64,000 nucleotides of DNA from Escherichia coli (lineage in GTDB: Bacteria; Pseudomonadota; Gammaproteobacteria; Enterobacterales; Enterobacteriaceae), in NCBI RefSeq assembly GCF_041886205.1, contig NZ_CP169029.1, one strand, 5' to 3'. The position numbers and the translations under genes were made by a program. The notes beneath the pieces are model-generated. The model was not told the origin of the DNA, did no database searches, and saw nothing but the letters and a program-made list of their open reading frames with translations. Below, piece after piece: positions 46,482-57,469 of this stretch; position 1 is the stretch's first letter, and each line of letters starts with the position of its first letter.

Positions 46482-47069
46482 ATGAGCCATGTCTGGGGAC
46501 TGTTTTCCCATCCCGATCGTGAAATGCAGGTGATTAATCGCGAAAACGAAACGATTTCTCACCATTACACCCACCACGTTTTGCTGATGGCGGCGATTCC
46601 GGTGATTTGCGCCTTCATTGGCACTACACAGATTGGCTGGAATTTTGGCGATGGCACTATCCTGAAGTTATCCTGGTTTACCGGACTGGCGCTGGCTGTC
46701 CTGTTTTATGGCGTTATGCTGGCTGGGGTTGCGGTAATGGGGCGGGTCATCTGGTGGATGGCGCGTAATTATCCGCAGCGTCCGTCACTTGCGCACTGCA
46801 TGGTCTTCGCGGGCTACGTTGCAACTCCGCTGTTTTTAAGCGGTCTGGTGGCGCTTTATCCACTGGTCTGGTTGTGTGCGCTGGTCGGCACGGTGGCGCT
46901 GTTTTACACCGGCTACCTGCTTTACCTTGGTATTCCGAGCTTCCTGAATATCAACAAAGAGGAAGGCCTTAGCTTCTCTAGTTCGACGCTGGCGATTGGC
47001 GTGCTGGTACTGGAAGTGCTGCTCGCCCTAACCGTTATACTATGGGGCTACGGTTATCGTTTGTTCTAG
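46482..47069 (+). CDS. yohC: Yip1-family inner membrane protein YohC
   Basis: Start placed at MSHVWGLFSHP (195 aa); multi-TM ORF. Confidence 0.8.
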   Translation: MSHVWGLFSHPDREMQVINRENETISHHYTHHVLLMAAIPVICAFIGTTQIGWNFGDGTILKLSWFTGLALAVLFYGVMLAGVAVMGRVIWWMARNYPQRPSLAHCMVFAGYVATPLFLSGLVALYPLVWLCALVGTVALFYTGYLLYLGIPSFLNINKEEGLSFSSSTLAIGVLVLEVLLALTVILWGYGYRLF

Positions 47070-47242
47070 AAAGTTCTTTGACGTTGCATTGCTGGCGTAA
47101 ATGTCAGCAATGCAGCATTTCCTCACGATTCTCCTTTGACGATCGCACTTTTTGCTCGTTATGATGGCGTCGCTAGCCTCAGTAAATCCTTACTCCGGCG
47201 GTGCGCAACCCGTGCGCGTGAACCACTATCTGAATGCTCATC

Positions 47243-48175
47243 ATGCCGAAATTTCGAGTTTCTTTATTTAGCCTGGCCCTGATGCTGGCTGTGCCTTTGG
47301 CACCGCAGGCCGTTGCGAAAACGGCAGCCGCTACCACCGCCTCACAACCGGAAATTGCCTCCGGTAGCGCGATGATTGTTGATCTGAATACCAACAAAGT
47401 GATCTATTCGAACCACCCGGATCTGGTGCGTCCGATTGCGTCTATCAGCAAATTAATGACCGCGATGGTCGTGCTGGATGCACGACTGCCGCTGGATGAA
47501 AAACTAAAAGTGGATATCAGCCAGACGCCGGAGATGAAAGGGGTCTATTCGCGCGTACGACTGAATAGCGAAATCAGCCGTAAAGATATGCTGTTGCTGG
47601 CGCTGATGTCTTCAGAAAACCGCGCGGCGGCAAGCCTTGCGCACCATTATCCCGGTGGTTACAAAGCCTTTATTAAGGCGATGAATGCGAAAGCGAAGTC
47701 GCTCGGAATGAACAACACGCGCTTTGTTGAACCGACCGGATTGTCGGTGCATAACGTTTCAACCGCCCGTGACTTAACCAAACTGCTCATTGCCAGCAAA
47801 CAATATCCGTTGATCGGGCAGTTAAGTACCACCCGGGAAGATATGGCAACCTTCTCTAACCCGACGTATACGCTGCCGTTCCGCAATACTAATCATCTGG
47901 TGTATCGCGATAACTGGAATATCCAGCTAACCAAAACCGGCTTTACCAATGCGGCGGGCCATTGTCTGGTGATGCGTACGGTTATCAATAATAAACCGGT
48001 GGCGCTGGTAGTGATGGATGCGTTTGGCAAATATACCCATTTTGCCGATGCCAGCCGCCTGCGTACCTGGATTGAAACCGGTAAAGTGATGCCTGTTCCG
48101 GCAGCAGCGTTGAGCTATAAAAAACAAAAAGCCGCCCAGATGGCGGCGGCGGGGCAGACGGCACAGAACGATTAA
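47243..48175 (+). CDS. pbpG: D-alanyl-D-alanine endopeptidase (PBP7)
   Basis: Start at [11 protein letters not shown] (310 aa); signal peptide and SxxK motif (SISK). Confidence 0.9.
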   Translation: MPKFRVSLFSLALMLAVPLAPQAVAKTAAATTASQPEIASGSAMIVDLNTNKVIYSNHPDLVRPIASISKLMTAMVVLDARLPLDEKLKVDISQTPEMKGVYSRVRLNSEISRKDMLLLALMSSENRAAASLAHHYPGGYKAFIKAMNAKAKSLGMNNTRFVEPTGLSVHNVSTARDLTKLLIASKQYPLIGQLSTTREDMATFSNPTYTLPFRNTNHLVYRDNWNIQLTKTGFTNAAGHCLVMRTVINNKPVALVVMDAFGKYTHFADASRLRTWIETGKVMPVPAAALSYKKQKAAQMAAAGQTAQND

Positions 48176-48180
48176 GTGAA

Positions 48181-48215
48181 TTACGGATGGCGATACTCTG
48201 CCATCCGTAATTTTT
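48181..48215 (+). terminator. Terminator hairpin between the convergent pbpG and dld
   Basis: ttacggatggc-gatactct-gccatccgtaa followed by ttttt. Confidence 0.7.
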
Positions 48216-49929
48216 ACTCCACTTCCTGCCAGTTTTTCCGTTTACTGGTTTTACCGATCCCCGGATTCATGCTGTTGGTCGGATCGTTCTCGCGATAGAA
48301 CTTCTGCAACGTCTCCGGTGCTTTATACAAATGACCGACGTTATGCTCGGCAGGGTACTGCGCGCCGCGCTGCTGTAGCAGTTCTAGCATCTGTTCTTTT
48401 AACGCATGCACATCCACGCCTTTTTTAACGATGTAATCCTGATGGAAGACATAGCACATAAAATGGCCGTAATAGAGCTTGTGCACCAGCTGGCTGTCGA
48501 TCTCCGGCGGTAAATGCTCATACCACTCGGTGTCGTTACGCCGCAGAGCGATATCCAGCGCCAGAATGTCTTCGACTTCATCGGAATGCACCGCCTGATA
48601 ACGAATTGCTGCGCCCGCAGCGGCGAAACGGTGTAAAAACGCTTTGCTGCCTTCCTCCGGCGTACAGACAAAGAAATCGCCTTCGGCCTGTTTGAAATAA
48701 TCCACCAACCACGATTTGGCTTCGCCCACGCCATCGCCCGCCATTTTTAACAGCAGATGATGCTCGTATTTATCGCGCCAGTTTTTCATGCGCGGCGGTA
48801 AATGGCTGGGGAACAGGTGACCGAATTTTTGCATCGCACGGTCAGTAAAATGCGGACGGAAGAATTTCACTTTCTCCAGCATCGCATCGGTGCGTCCCTT
48901 GAGATTAAAGAAGAACGGCATCTTGTCGGTGCCTAACTTATCAATCATCAGGAAGGTGTCTTTGCCGTATTTTTCCGCAATATCGTAGATATCCCGGTGC
49001 ATATATTCCCCGGCAACCGGCAGATTTTCGAAGTTAGCCAGAATATGACGGCGGATTTCGGTCAGCACTTCCGGCTGGTTGGTGCCGATATAAAACACCT
49101 GCTGATTTTTTTCCGCTTCGAAGGTATCTAGACGTACTGCAAAGACCGCCAGCTTCCCGGCGCAACCAGAAGATTCAAATAACCGATCAGGATCGGCGTT
49201 ATAACGTGCGGGCGTGTCGGCTTCAATATCACGAACGCGGTGGACATAGTCATAATCGTGGGCGTGACGACCATCGTGACGCACATCGTCATCTTTGATG
49301 CGATCATCATCCAGCTTGCTAAGGATCTGCTCCGGCGTTTCGCCCAGATCAATCCCCAGATGGTTCACTAGCGTCAGTTTGCCGTCTTCATTTATACGCG
49401 CGAATAACGACATTTCGGTATACGCCGGGCCACGTTGCACCAGCGAGCCGCCGGAGTTGTTACAAATACCGCCGATGACCGATGCGCCTATACACGATGA
49501 TCCAATCACTGAGTGCGGTTCGCGTCCCAGCGGTTTGAGGGCTTTTTCCAGCGAATAGAGCGTGGTGCCCGGATAGGCCAGCACCTGTTCGCCCTTGCCA
49601 AGAACGTGCAGCTTGTCGAGACGCAGGGTGCTGATGATAACGACATCGCGATCATAATCGTTACCGTTTGGCGTCGATCCTTCGGTCAGGCCTGTATTGG
49701 CGGCCTGCATCAGAATAATTTTGTCGGCGGTGACGCAGGCTTTCAGCACCCGCCACAATTCCAGTAGTGAGCCAGGGAAAACGACAGCCAGCGCGTCGCC
49801 CTGACCAGAACGGAAGCCCTTGCGATAGCGGGCCGTTTTTGCGGGATCGGTGAGCAGGTGTGAAGAACCCACCAGACGAGCAAGTTCATTCAAAAAGGCT
49901 TTATTATCAGTTGTTGTCATGGAAGACAT
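48214..49929 (-). CDS. dld: FAD-dependent D-lactate dehydrogenase
   Basis: Start placed at MSSMTTTDNKAFLNELARLVG (571 aa); the ORF track extends 11 codons upstream. Confidence 0.9.
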   Translation of the reverse strand: MSSMTTTDNKAFLNELARLVGSSHLLTDPAKTARYRKGFRSGQGDALAVVFPGSLLELWRVLKACVTADKIILMQAANTGLTEGSTPNGNDYDRDVVIISTLRLDKLHVLGKGEQVLAYPGTTLYSLEKALKPLGREPHSVIGSSCIGASVIGGICNNSGGSLVQRGPAYTEMSLFARINEDGKLTLVNHLGIDLGETPEQILSKLDDDRIKDDDVRHDGRHAHDYDYVHRVRDIEADTPARYNADPDRLFESSGCAGKLAVFAVRLDTFEAEKNQQVFYIGTNQPEVLTEIRRHILANFENLPVAGEYMHRDIYDIAEKYGKDTFLMIDKLGTDKMPFFFNLKGRTDAMLEKVKFFRPHFTDRAMQKFGHLFPSHLPPRMKNWRDKYEHHLLLKMAGDGVGEAKSWLVDYFKQAEGDFFVCTPEEGSKAFLHRFAAAGAAIRYQAVHSDEVEDILALDIALRRNDTEWYEHLPPEIDSQLVHKLYYGHFMCYVFHQDYIVKKGVDVHALKEQMLELLQQRGAQYPAEHNVGHLYKAPETLQKFYRENDPTNSMNPGIGKTSKRKNWQEVE

Positions 49930-50124
49930 TTTCCACTCCTTGTGGTGGCGAAAAAATATCACAAACTAGAATAGCGCCTTGTATGACAATTCAGCGAGTG
50001 AATATTTTGAAAATTCAGACAATAAACTGAGCATTCTTTTTCTCTCTCCATCATGCTTATGGCAAACTACGGTTTTTGCACCATTTTCGCTGCCTCGTCG
50101 GGCAACAGAGGAAGAAAAATCCAT

Positions 50125-52422
50125 ATGAAATGGCTATGTTCAGTAGGAATCGCGGTGAGTCTGGCCCTGCAGCCAGCACTGGCGGATGATTTATTCGGCA
50201 ACCATCCATTAACGCCCGAAGCGCGGGATGCGTTCGTCACCGAACTGCTTAAGAAAATGACAGTTGATGAGAAAATTGGTCAGCTGCGCTTAATCAGCGT
50301 CGGCCCGGATAACCCGAAAGAGGCGATCCGCGAGATGATCAAAGACGGTCAGGTTGGGGCGATTTTCAACACCGTAACCCGTCAGGATATCCGCGCCATG
50401 CAGGATCAGGTGATGGAATTAAGCCGCCTGAAAATTCCTCTTTTCTTTGCTTACGACGTGCTGCACGGTCAGCGCACGGTGTTCCCGATTAGCCTCGGTC
50501 TGGCCTCGTCTTTTAACCTCGATGCAGTAAAAAAGGTCGGACGTGTCTCTGCTTATGAAGCGGCAGATGATGGCCTGAATATGACCTGGGCACCGATGGT
50601 CGATGTCTCGCGCGATCCGCGCTGGGGACGTGCTTCCGAAGGTTTTGGCGAAGATACGTATCTCACCTCAACAATGGGTAAAACCATGGTGGAAGCGATG
50701 CAGGGTAAAAGCCCGGCAGATCGCTACTCGGTGATGACCAGCGTCAAACACTTTGCCGCATACGGCGCGGTAGAAGGCGGTAAAGAGTACAACACCGTCG
50801 ATATGAGTCCGCAGCGCCTGTTTAATGATTATATGCCGCCGTACAAAGCGGGGCTGGACGCAGGCAGCGGCGCGGTGATGGTGGCGCTGAACTCGCTGAA
50901 CGGCACGCCAGCCACCTCCGATACCTGGCTGCTGAAAGATGTTCTGCGCGATCAGTGGGGTTTTAAAGGCATCACCGTTTCCGATCATGGTGCAATCAAA
51001 GAGCTGATTAAACATGGCACGGCGGCAGACCCGGAAGATGCGGTGCGCGTGGCGCTGAAATCCGGAATCAACATGAGCATGAGCGACGAGTACTACTCGA
51101 AGTATCTGCCTGGGTTGATCAAATCTGGCAAAGTGACGATGGCAGAGCTGGACGATGCTGCCCGCCATGTACTGAACGTTAAATATGATATGGGGTTGTT
51201 TAACGACCCATACAGCCATTTGGGGCCGAAAGAGTCTGACCCGGTGGATACCAATGCCGAAAGCCGCCTGCACCGTAAAGAAGCGCGTGAAGTGGCGCGT
51301 GAAAGCCTGGTGTTGCTGAAAAACCGTCTCGAAACGTTACCGCTGAAAAAATCGGCCACCATTGCGGTGGTTGGGCCACTGGCGGACAGTAAACGTGACG
51401 TGATGGGCAGCTGGTCCGCAGCCGGTGTTGCCGATCAATCCGTGACCGTACTGACCGGGATTAAAAATGCCGTCGGTGAAAACGGTAAAGTGCGGTACGC
51501 CAAAGGGGCGAACGTTACCAGTGACAAAGGCATTATCGATTTCCTGAATCAGTATGAAGAAGCGGTCAAAGTCGATCCGCGCTCGCCGCAAGAGATGATT
51601 GATGAAGCGGTGCAGACTGCGAAACAATCTGATGTGGTGGTGGCTGTGGTCGGTGAAGCACAAGGCATGGCGCACGAGGCCTCCAGCCGTACCGATATCA
51701 CTATTCCGCAAAGCCAACGTGACTTGATTGCGGCGCTGAAAGCCACTGGTAAACCGCTGGTGCTGGTGCTGATGAACGGGCGTCCGCTGGCGCTGGTGAA
51801 AGAAGATCAGCAGGCTGATGCGATTCTGGAAACCTGGTTTGCGGGGACTGAAGGCGGTAATGCAATTGCCGATGTATTGTTTGGCGATTACAACCCGTCC
51901 GGCAAGCTGCCAATGTCCTTCCCGCGTTCTGTCGGGCAGATCCCGGTGTACTACAGCCATCTGAATACCGGGCGTCCGTATAATGCCGACAAGCCGAACA
52001 AATACACTTCGCGTTATTTTGATGAGGCTAACGGGGCGCTGTATCCGTTCGGCTATGGTCTGAGCTATACCACTTTCACCGTCTCTGATGTGAAACTTTC
52101 TGCGCCGACCATGAAGCGTGACGGTAAAGTAACTGCCAGCGTGCAGGTGACGAACACCGGTAAGCGCGAAGGGGCGACGGTAGTCCAGATGTACTTGCAG
52201 GATGTGACGGCTTCCATGAGCCGTCCAGTGAAGCAGCTGAAAGGCTTTGAAAAAATCACCCTGAAGCCGGGCGAAACTCAGACCGTCAGCTTCCCGATTG
52301 ATATCGAGGCGCTGAAGTTCTGGAATCAACAGATGAAATATGACGCCGAGCCTGGCAAGTTCAATGTCTTTATCGGCACTGATTCCGCACGCGTTAAGAA
52401 AGGCGAGTTTGAGTTGCTGTAA
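50125..52422 (+). CDS. bglX: Periplasmic beta-glucosidase (GH3)
   Basis: Start placed at MKWLCSVGIAVSLALQPALA (signal peptide; 765 aa); the ORF-track start at 50053 is rejected. Confidence 0.9.
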   Translation: MKWLCSVGIAVSLALQPALADDLFGNHPLTPEARDAFVTELLKKMTVDEKIGQLRLISVGPDNPKEAIREMIKDGQVGAIFNTVTRQDIRAMQDQVMELSRLKIPLFFAYDVLHGQRTVFPISLGLASSFNLDAVKKVGRVSAYEAADDGLNMTWAPMVDVSRDPRWGRASEGFGEDTYLTSTMGKTMVEAMQGKSPADRYSVMTSVKHFAAYGAVEGGKEYNTVDMSPQRLFNDYMPPYKAGLDAGSGAVMVALNSLNGTPATSDTWLLKDVLRDQWGFKGITVSDHGAIKELIKHGTAADPEDAVRVALKSGINMSMSDEYYSKYLPGLIKSGKVTMAELDDAARHVLNVKYDMGLFNDPYSHLGPKESDPVDTNAESRLHRKEAREVARESLVLLKNRLETLPLKKSATIAVVGPLADSKRDVMGSWSAAGVADQSVTVLTGIKNAVGENGKVRYAKGANVTSDKGIIDFLNQYEEAVKVDPRSPQEMIDEAVQTAKQSDVVVAVVGEAQGMAHEASSRTDITIPQSQRDLIAALKATGKPLVLVLMNGRPLALVKEDQQADAILETWFAGTEGGNAIADVLFGDYNPSGKLPMSFPRSVGQIPVYYSHLNTGRPYNADKPNKYTSRYFDEANGALYPFGYGLSYTTFTVSDVKLSAPTMKRDGKVTASVQVTNTGKREGATVVQMYLQDVTASMSRPVKQLKGFEKITLKPGETQTVSFPIDIEALKFWNQQMKYDAEPGKFNVFIGTDSARVKKGEFELL

Positions 52423-52430
52423 TGCTTTAG

Positions 52431-52493
52431 CAAGGGCGCGACGTTTGCGCCCTTTGTAGGCCGGATAAGGCGCTCGCGCCGCATCCGGCAGGA
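52431..52493. repeat. Terminator hairpin plus REP element after bglX
   Basis: gggcgcgacgtttgcgccc hairpin followed by gtaggccggataaggcgctcgcgccgcatccggcagg. Confidence 0.6.
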
Positions 52494-52632
52494 AACGCCG
52501 GACCGAATATGCCTCTTAAGTATTTATCTGATTCTGCAACTGATTCCTTCCGCTCAGGCTAACCCCGCCATTATCAACTATGCTTTTCTCTTAATTCGCT
52601 GAAAACAACAGTAAAAGAATGAGGAAAGCATC

Positions 52633-53550
52633 ATGCCACTCTCAAAGGTCTGGGCAGGTTCACTGGTTTTGTTGGCAGCCGTGAGCCTGCCGCTGCACGC
52701 GGCTTCCCCCGTTAAAGTCGGTTCAAAAATCGATACCGAAGGCGCGCTACTCGGCAACATCATCTTGCAGGTGCTGGAAAGCCACGGCGTACCGACGGTC
52801 AATAAAGTCCAGTTGGGAACTACGCCGGTGGTACGCGGGGCAATTACTTCCGGTGAACTGGATATCTATCCGGAATATACCGGCAATGGCGCTTTCTTCT
52901 TTAAAGATGAAAACGATGCAGCGTGGAAAAATGCCGGGCAGGGCTACGAGAAAGTCAAAAAATTCGATGCAGAGCAAAACAAGTTAATCTGGCTGACGCC
53001 CGCGCCTGCAAATAACACCTGGACCATCGCCGTGCGTCAGGATGTGGCAGAGAAAAATAAACTCACTTCGCTTGCCGACCTGAGTCGTTATCTGAAAGAG
53101 GGCGGCACCTTCAAACTGGCAGCCTCGGCTGAGTTTATCGAACGCGCCGATGCCTTACCCGCTTTTGAAAAAGCCTACGACTTTAAACTCGATCAGGATC
53201 AGTTGCTGTCACTGGCGGGCGGTGACACGGCGGTAACGATTAAAGCCGCTGCCCAGCAAACTTCTGGCGTTAATGCCGCAATGGCTTACGGCACTGACGG
53301 TCCGGTCGCAGCGCTGGGGTTGCAAACCTTAAGCGATCCGCAAGGCGTGCAACCTATCTACGCGCCTGCACCAGTGGTGCGTGAGTCGGTGCTGAAAGAG
53401 TATCCGCAAATGGCACAGTGGCTACAGCCAGTCTTCGCCAGCCTCGATGCAAAAACATTGCAGCAACTGAATGCCAGCATTGCCGTTGAAGGACTGGATG
53501 CCAAAAAAGTGGCTGCCGACTACCTGAAACAAAAAGGGTGGACGAAGTAA
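52633..53550 (+). CDS. osmF: Glycine betaine ABC transporter periplasmic binding protein OsmF (YehZ)
   Basis: 305-aa ORF with signal peptide; first gene of a four-gene ABC operon. Confidence 0.9.
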   Translation: MPLSKVWAGSLVLLAAVSLPLHAASPVKVGSKIDTEGALLGNIILQVLESHGVPTVNKVQLGTTPVVRGAITSGELDIYPEYTGNGAFFFKDENDAAWKNAGQGYEKVKKFDAEQNKLIWLTPAPANNTWTIAVRQDVAEKNKLTSLADLSRYLKEGGTFKLAASAEFIERADALPAFEKAYDFKLDQDQLLSLAGGDTAVTIKAAAQQTSGVNAAMAYGTDGPVAALGLQTLSDPQGVQPIYAPAPVVRESVLKEYPQMAQWLQPVFASLDAKTLQQLNASIAVEGLDAKKVAADYLKQKGWTK

Positions 53551-53556
53551 TTTCCC

Positions 53557-54714
53557 GTGACTTATCTACGTATTAATCCTGTTCTGGCGCTGCTGCTGTT
53601 GCTGACGGTAATCGCAGCGGCGCTGCCGTTTATCAGTTACGCGCCTAATCGTTTAGTCTCGGGTGAAGGGCGTCATCTCTGGCAACTGTGGCCGCAAACG
53701 ATCTGGATGCTGGTGGGCGTTGGTTGCGCCTGGCTGACAGCCTGTTTTATCCCCGCTAAAAAAGGCAGCATTTTTGCACTCATTCTGGCGCAATTCGTCT
53801 TCGTGTTACTGATATGGGGCGCAGGAAAGGCAGCGACGCAGCTGGCGCAAAATGGCAGTGCGCTGGCGCGTACCAGCCTCGGCAGTGGTTTCTGGCTGGC
53901 TGCGGCGCTGGCATTGCTGGCCTGTAGTGATGCCATTCGCCGAATCTCCGCGCATCCGCTGTGGCGCTGGTTGTTGCATATGCAGATTGCCATCATTCCG
54001 CTGTGGTTGCTGTACTCCGGCACGCTTAACGATCTCTCGCTAATGAAAGAATACGCCAACCGTCAGGATGTGTTTGACGACGCGCTGGCACAACATCTGA
54101 CGTTGCTGTTTGGTGCGGTGCTGCCTGCGTTAGTGATTGGTGTGCCGTTGGGCATCTGGTGCTACTTTTCCACTGCGCGGCAGGGGGCGATTTTTTCTCT
54201 GCTCAATGTCATTCAGACCGTGCCTTCGGTAGCGCTTTTTGGCCTGTTGATTGCGCCGCTTGCCGCGCTGGTTAAGGCCTTTCCGTGGCTGGGGAAGCTC
54301 GGCATAGCAGGAACAGGAATGACACCCGCACTGATTGCGCTGGTGCTCTATGCATTGCTGCCGCTGGTGCGCGGCGTGGTAGTCGGTTTGAACCAGATCC
54401 CGCGCGATGTGCTGGAGAGCGCCAGAGCGATAGGGATGAGCGGGGCGCAGCGTTTCCTGCATGTTCAGTTACCGCTGGCGTTACCGGTATTTCTGCGCAG
54501 CCTGCGGGTGGTGATGGTGCAAACTGTAGGTATGGCGGTGATTGCGGCGTTAATCGGTGCAGGCGGTTTTGGTGCGCTGGTTTTCCAGGGGCTGCTAAGC
54601 AGTGCCATTGATTTAGTGTTGCTGGGGGTGATCCCGGTAATTGTTCTGGCGGTGCTTACCGACGCGCTGTTCGATTTGCTTATCGCACTGCTGAAGGTGA
54701 AACGTAATGATTGA
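53557..54714 (+). CDS. yehY: ABC transporter permease YehY
   Basis: 385-aa polytopic membrane ORF with a BPD-transporter motif region. Confidence 0.9.
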   Translation: MTYLRINPVLALLLLLTVIAAALPFISYAPNRLVSGEGRHLWQLWPQTIWMLVGVGCAWLTACFIPAKKGSIFALILAQFVFVLLIWGAGKAATQLAQNGSALARTSLGSGFWLAAALALLACSDAIRRISAHPLWRWLLHMQIAIIPLWLLYSGTLNDLSLMKEYANRQDVFDDALAQHLTLLFGAVLPALVIGVPLGIWCYFSTARQGAIFSLLNVIQTVPSVALFGLLIAPLAALVKAFPWLGKLGIAGTGMTPALIALVLYALLPLVRGVVVGLNQIPRDVLESARAIGMSGAQRFLHVQLPLALPVFLRSLRVVMVQTVGMAVIAALIGAGGFGALVFQGLLSSAIDLVLLGVIPVIVLAVLTDALFDLLIALLKVKRND

Positions 54715-55633
54715 ATTTAGCCATGTCAGCAAACTGTTCGGCGCACAAAAAGCCGTTAACGATCTCAATCTCAATTTTCAGGAAGGGAGTTTTTCGGTGC
54801 TGATTGGCACATCTGGCTCCGGTAAATCCACCACCCTGAAAATGATTAACCGCCTGGTGGAGCATGACAGCGGCGTGATCCGCTTTGCCGGAGAAGAAAT
54901 TCGCTCGCTGCCAGTACTGGAGTTGCGCCGCCGGATGGGCTATGCCATTCAATCTATTGGCCTGTTCCCCCACTGGAGCGTGGCGCAAAACATCGCTACC
55001 GTGCCGCAATTACAAAAATGGTCGCGGGCACGGATTGACGATCGTATCGACGAATTAATGGCGCTACTGGGGCTGGAGTCAAATTTGCGTGAGCGTTATC
55101 CGCATCAGCTTTCCGGTGGTCAGCAGCAACGTGTGGGAGTGGCGCGCGCACTGGCTGCCGATCCGCAAGTCTTACTGATGGATGAACCTTTTGGCGCACT
55201 GGACCCGGTAACGCGCGGCGCGTTGCAACAAGAGATGACGCGCATTCACCGTTTGCTGGGGCGCACTATTGTGCTGGTCACTCATGATATTGATGAGGCG
55301 CTACGGCTGGCAGAACATTTGGTATTGATGGATCACGGTGAAGTGGTGCAGCAGGGCAATCCGCTGACGATGCTGACTCGTCCGGCGAATGATTTTGTCC
55401 GCCAGTTTTTTGGACGTAGTGAACTGGGTGTGCGCCTGCTTTCGTTACGTAGTGTGGCGGATTACGTGCGTCGCGAAGAACGTGCAGAAGGTGAGGCACT
55501 GGCAGAAGAGATGACGCTACGCGATGCGCTCTCCCTGTTTGTCGCGCGGGGATGCGAGGTGCTGCCGGTGGTGAACATGCTGGGCCAGCCTTGCGGCACG
55601 CTGCATTTTCAGGATCTGCTGGTGGAGGCGTAA
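54707..55633 (+). CDS. yehX: ABC transporter ATP-binding protein YehX
   Basis: 308-aa ORF with Walker [18 protein letters not shown] signature and a C-terminal CBS-like region. Confidence 0.9.
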   Translation: MIEFSHVSKLFGAQKAVNDLNLNFQEGSFSVLIGTSGSGKSTTLKMINRLVEHDSGVIRFAGEEIRSLPVLELRRRMGYAIQSIGLFPHWSVAQNIATVPQLQKWSRARIDDRIDELMALLGLESNLRERYPHQLSGGQQQRVGVARALAADPQVLLMDEPFGALDPVTRGALQQEMTRIHRLLGRTIVLVTHDIDEALRLAEHLVLMDHGEVVQQGNPLTMLTRPANDFVRQFFGRSELGVRLLSLRSVADYVRREERAEGEALAEEMTLRDALSLFVARGCEVLPVVNMLGQPCGTLHFQDLLVEA

Positions 55634-55637
55634 ACGT

Positions 55638-56369
55638 ATGAAGATGTTGCGCGATCCGCTGTTCTGGCTCATTGCTCTGTTTGTGGCACTGATTTTCTGG
55701 CTGCCTTACAGCCAGCCGCTGTTTGCTGCCTTGTTCCCACAACTGCCACGACCCGTTTATCAGCAAGAAAGTTTTGCAGCTCTGGCACTGGCTCATTTCT
55801 GGCTGGTGGGAATTTCGAGTTTGTTTGCGGTGATCATTGGTACTGGTGCCGGAATTGCAGTCACTCGCCCGTGGGGCGCGGAATTTCGCCCACTGGTGGA
55901 AACTATTGCCGCCGTTGGGCAGACTTTTCCGCCTGTCGCAGTGCTGGCGATTGCTGTTCCGGTGATCGGCTTTGGTCTGCAACCAGCGATTATCGCCTTG
56001 ATCCTGTACGGCGTGCTGCCCGTCCTGCAGGCGACACTTGCCGGGCTGGGAGCGATTGATGCCAGCGTGACAGAAGTTGCGAAGGGTATGGGAATGAGTC
56101 GTGGTCAGCGACTGCGTAAGGTCGAGCTACCGCTGGCGGCTCCGGTGATTCTGGCGGGCGTGCGAACTTCGGTGATTATCAACATTGGTACGGCGACGAT
56201 CGCCTCAACGGTAGGGGCCAGCACGCTGGGTACGCCCATCATCATCGGGCTTAGCGGATTTAATACCGCGTATGTGATCCAGGGGGCGTTACTGGTGGCA
56301 ATGGCGGCGATCATTGCAGACCGCCTGTTTGAAAGGCTGGTGCAGGCGCTTAGCCAGCACGCAAAATAA
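55638..56369 (+). CDS. yehW: ABC transporter permease YehW
   Basis: 243-aa polytopic membrane ORF; last gene of the osmF-yehYXW operon. Confidence 0.9.
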
Positions 56370-56457
56370 AGGTATAACCTGCGAGCATGACGCCACCAAT
56401 TCCGCCTAACGCCATAAACAGGAACAGGGCGATGACCCCAATTTTAGCTATGCGCAT
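56350..56457 (-). CDS. yohO: Small membrane protein YohO (35 aa)
   Basis: Hand translation gives [35 protein letters not shown] with an AAGGAG Shine-Dalgarno 7 nt upstream; its 3' end overlaps the yehW 3' end by 20 nt on the opposite strand. Not in the ORF track. Confidence 0.6.
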
Positions 56458-56516
56458 AATGCACTCCTTATGTTAACGAAAGGATTGTACAGTAAAGCGC
56501 ATTTGTTAACGAATCA

Positions 56517-57248
56517 TTAAATGCCGAGTGGGAAAATATCATAGCCTTGTTCTTGCCAACTGGTGAGTTGCTGTTGTTGGGCGGAGGTTCGATTTTCACC
56601 GCACCACACCAGCAATGTACGGCCTTCAAACAGTTCAGGGCGTAGTTGATTGAGTGAGTGGGCGAGGACATCAATGCGCCAGCCTTGTTGACTGGCAATC
56701 CAGCCCTCCAGCCACAGACGGGTGGTATCGTGAATATTCCAGCCAACCACCAGCGCATCTTTACCCTGTTTTTTACGTGCCGAAGCCAGACAGATGGCGA
56801 TGTAGTTGATCAGTACGCCGTCGAGGATCGCCAGCAGCGCCTGGAGAGTCGGTTGTTGGCACTGAAGCCGTCGGCGCAGAGGAATAAACAGATGTGTGGT
56901 GAGTGTCTGGGCGGGGTAATCCTGACCACGCTCTTTGATCCACGTTCGCAGGCTATGCAGATTGCCGCTTTGCAGGTAAGTCAGTAATGTTTCTTGCTGA
57001 TCGCGCCAGCCATTCTGCACATCAACATTTTCATTACTGAGCAGCATTTTTACTTTGCTGACCTGCACGCCGTTGTCGATCCAGCGTTTAATCTCGCGGA
57101 TCCGGTCAATATCGGCATCGTTGAACAGCCGATGACCGCCGTCTGTCCGTTGCGGTTTCAGCAATCCGTAACGCCTCTGCCACGCGCGTAACGTGACAGG
57201 GTTAATATCACAAAGCAACGCCACTTCACCAATTGTGTAAAGCGCCAT
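56517..57248 (-). CDS. mlrA: MerR-family regulator MlrA (YehV)
   Basis: 243-aa ORF with MerR HTH N-terminus (MALYTIGEVALLCDINPVTLRAWQRRYGLLKP). Confidence 0.9.
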   Translation of the reverse strand: MALYTIGEVALLCDINPVTLRAWQRRYGLLKPQRTDGGHRLFNDADIDRIREIKRWIDNGVQVSKVKMLLSNENVDVQNGWRDQQETLLTYLQSGNLHSLRTWIKERGQDYPAQTLTTHLFIPLRRRLQCQQPTLQALLAILDGVLINYIAICLASARKKQGKDALVVGWNIHDTTRLWLEGWIASQQGWRIDVLAHSLNQLRPELFEGRTLLVWCGENRTSAQQQQLTSWQEQGYDIFPLGI

Positions 57249-57469
57249 CGTCTCACCCTTGCTCGCGAGGTCCCGGTTTAACTTTAGACGCAGTTTTGCG
57301 AACCAGGTAGTTTTGCCCGTTTTTTGTGCATCTATAGGGTGATTTTATTTTTGCCAGGCGATTTTGAGTGATCATACTCACGAATTCTCATTTTTCTGCA
57401 AGAGTTCAAAGAAAGTTAAACGCAGGCAATGTATGTTACGCGTTTTAAAGGGAAGTGTGGTTTGCGGGT

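Noticed and set aside
50053-50124. N-terminal extensions implied by ORF-track starts for bglX, dld, btsS, btsR, yehS, yohD, yohC, pbpG and yohF
   Set aside because: The internal Met gives a sensible signal peptide or N-terminus and the expected protein length; the ORF track takes the longest frame, including alternative start codons.
51337-52329. 330-aa and 201-aa minus-strand ORFs inside bglX
   Set aside because: Antisense to a strongly supported GH3 glucosidase gene, with no start context and a low-complexity product.
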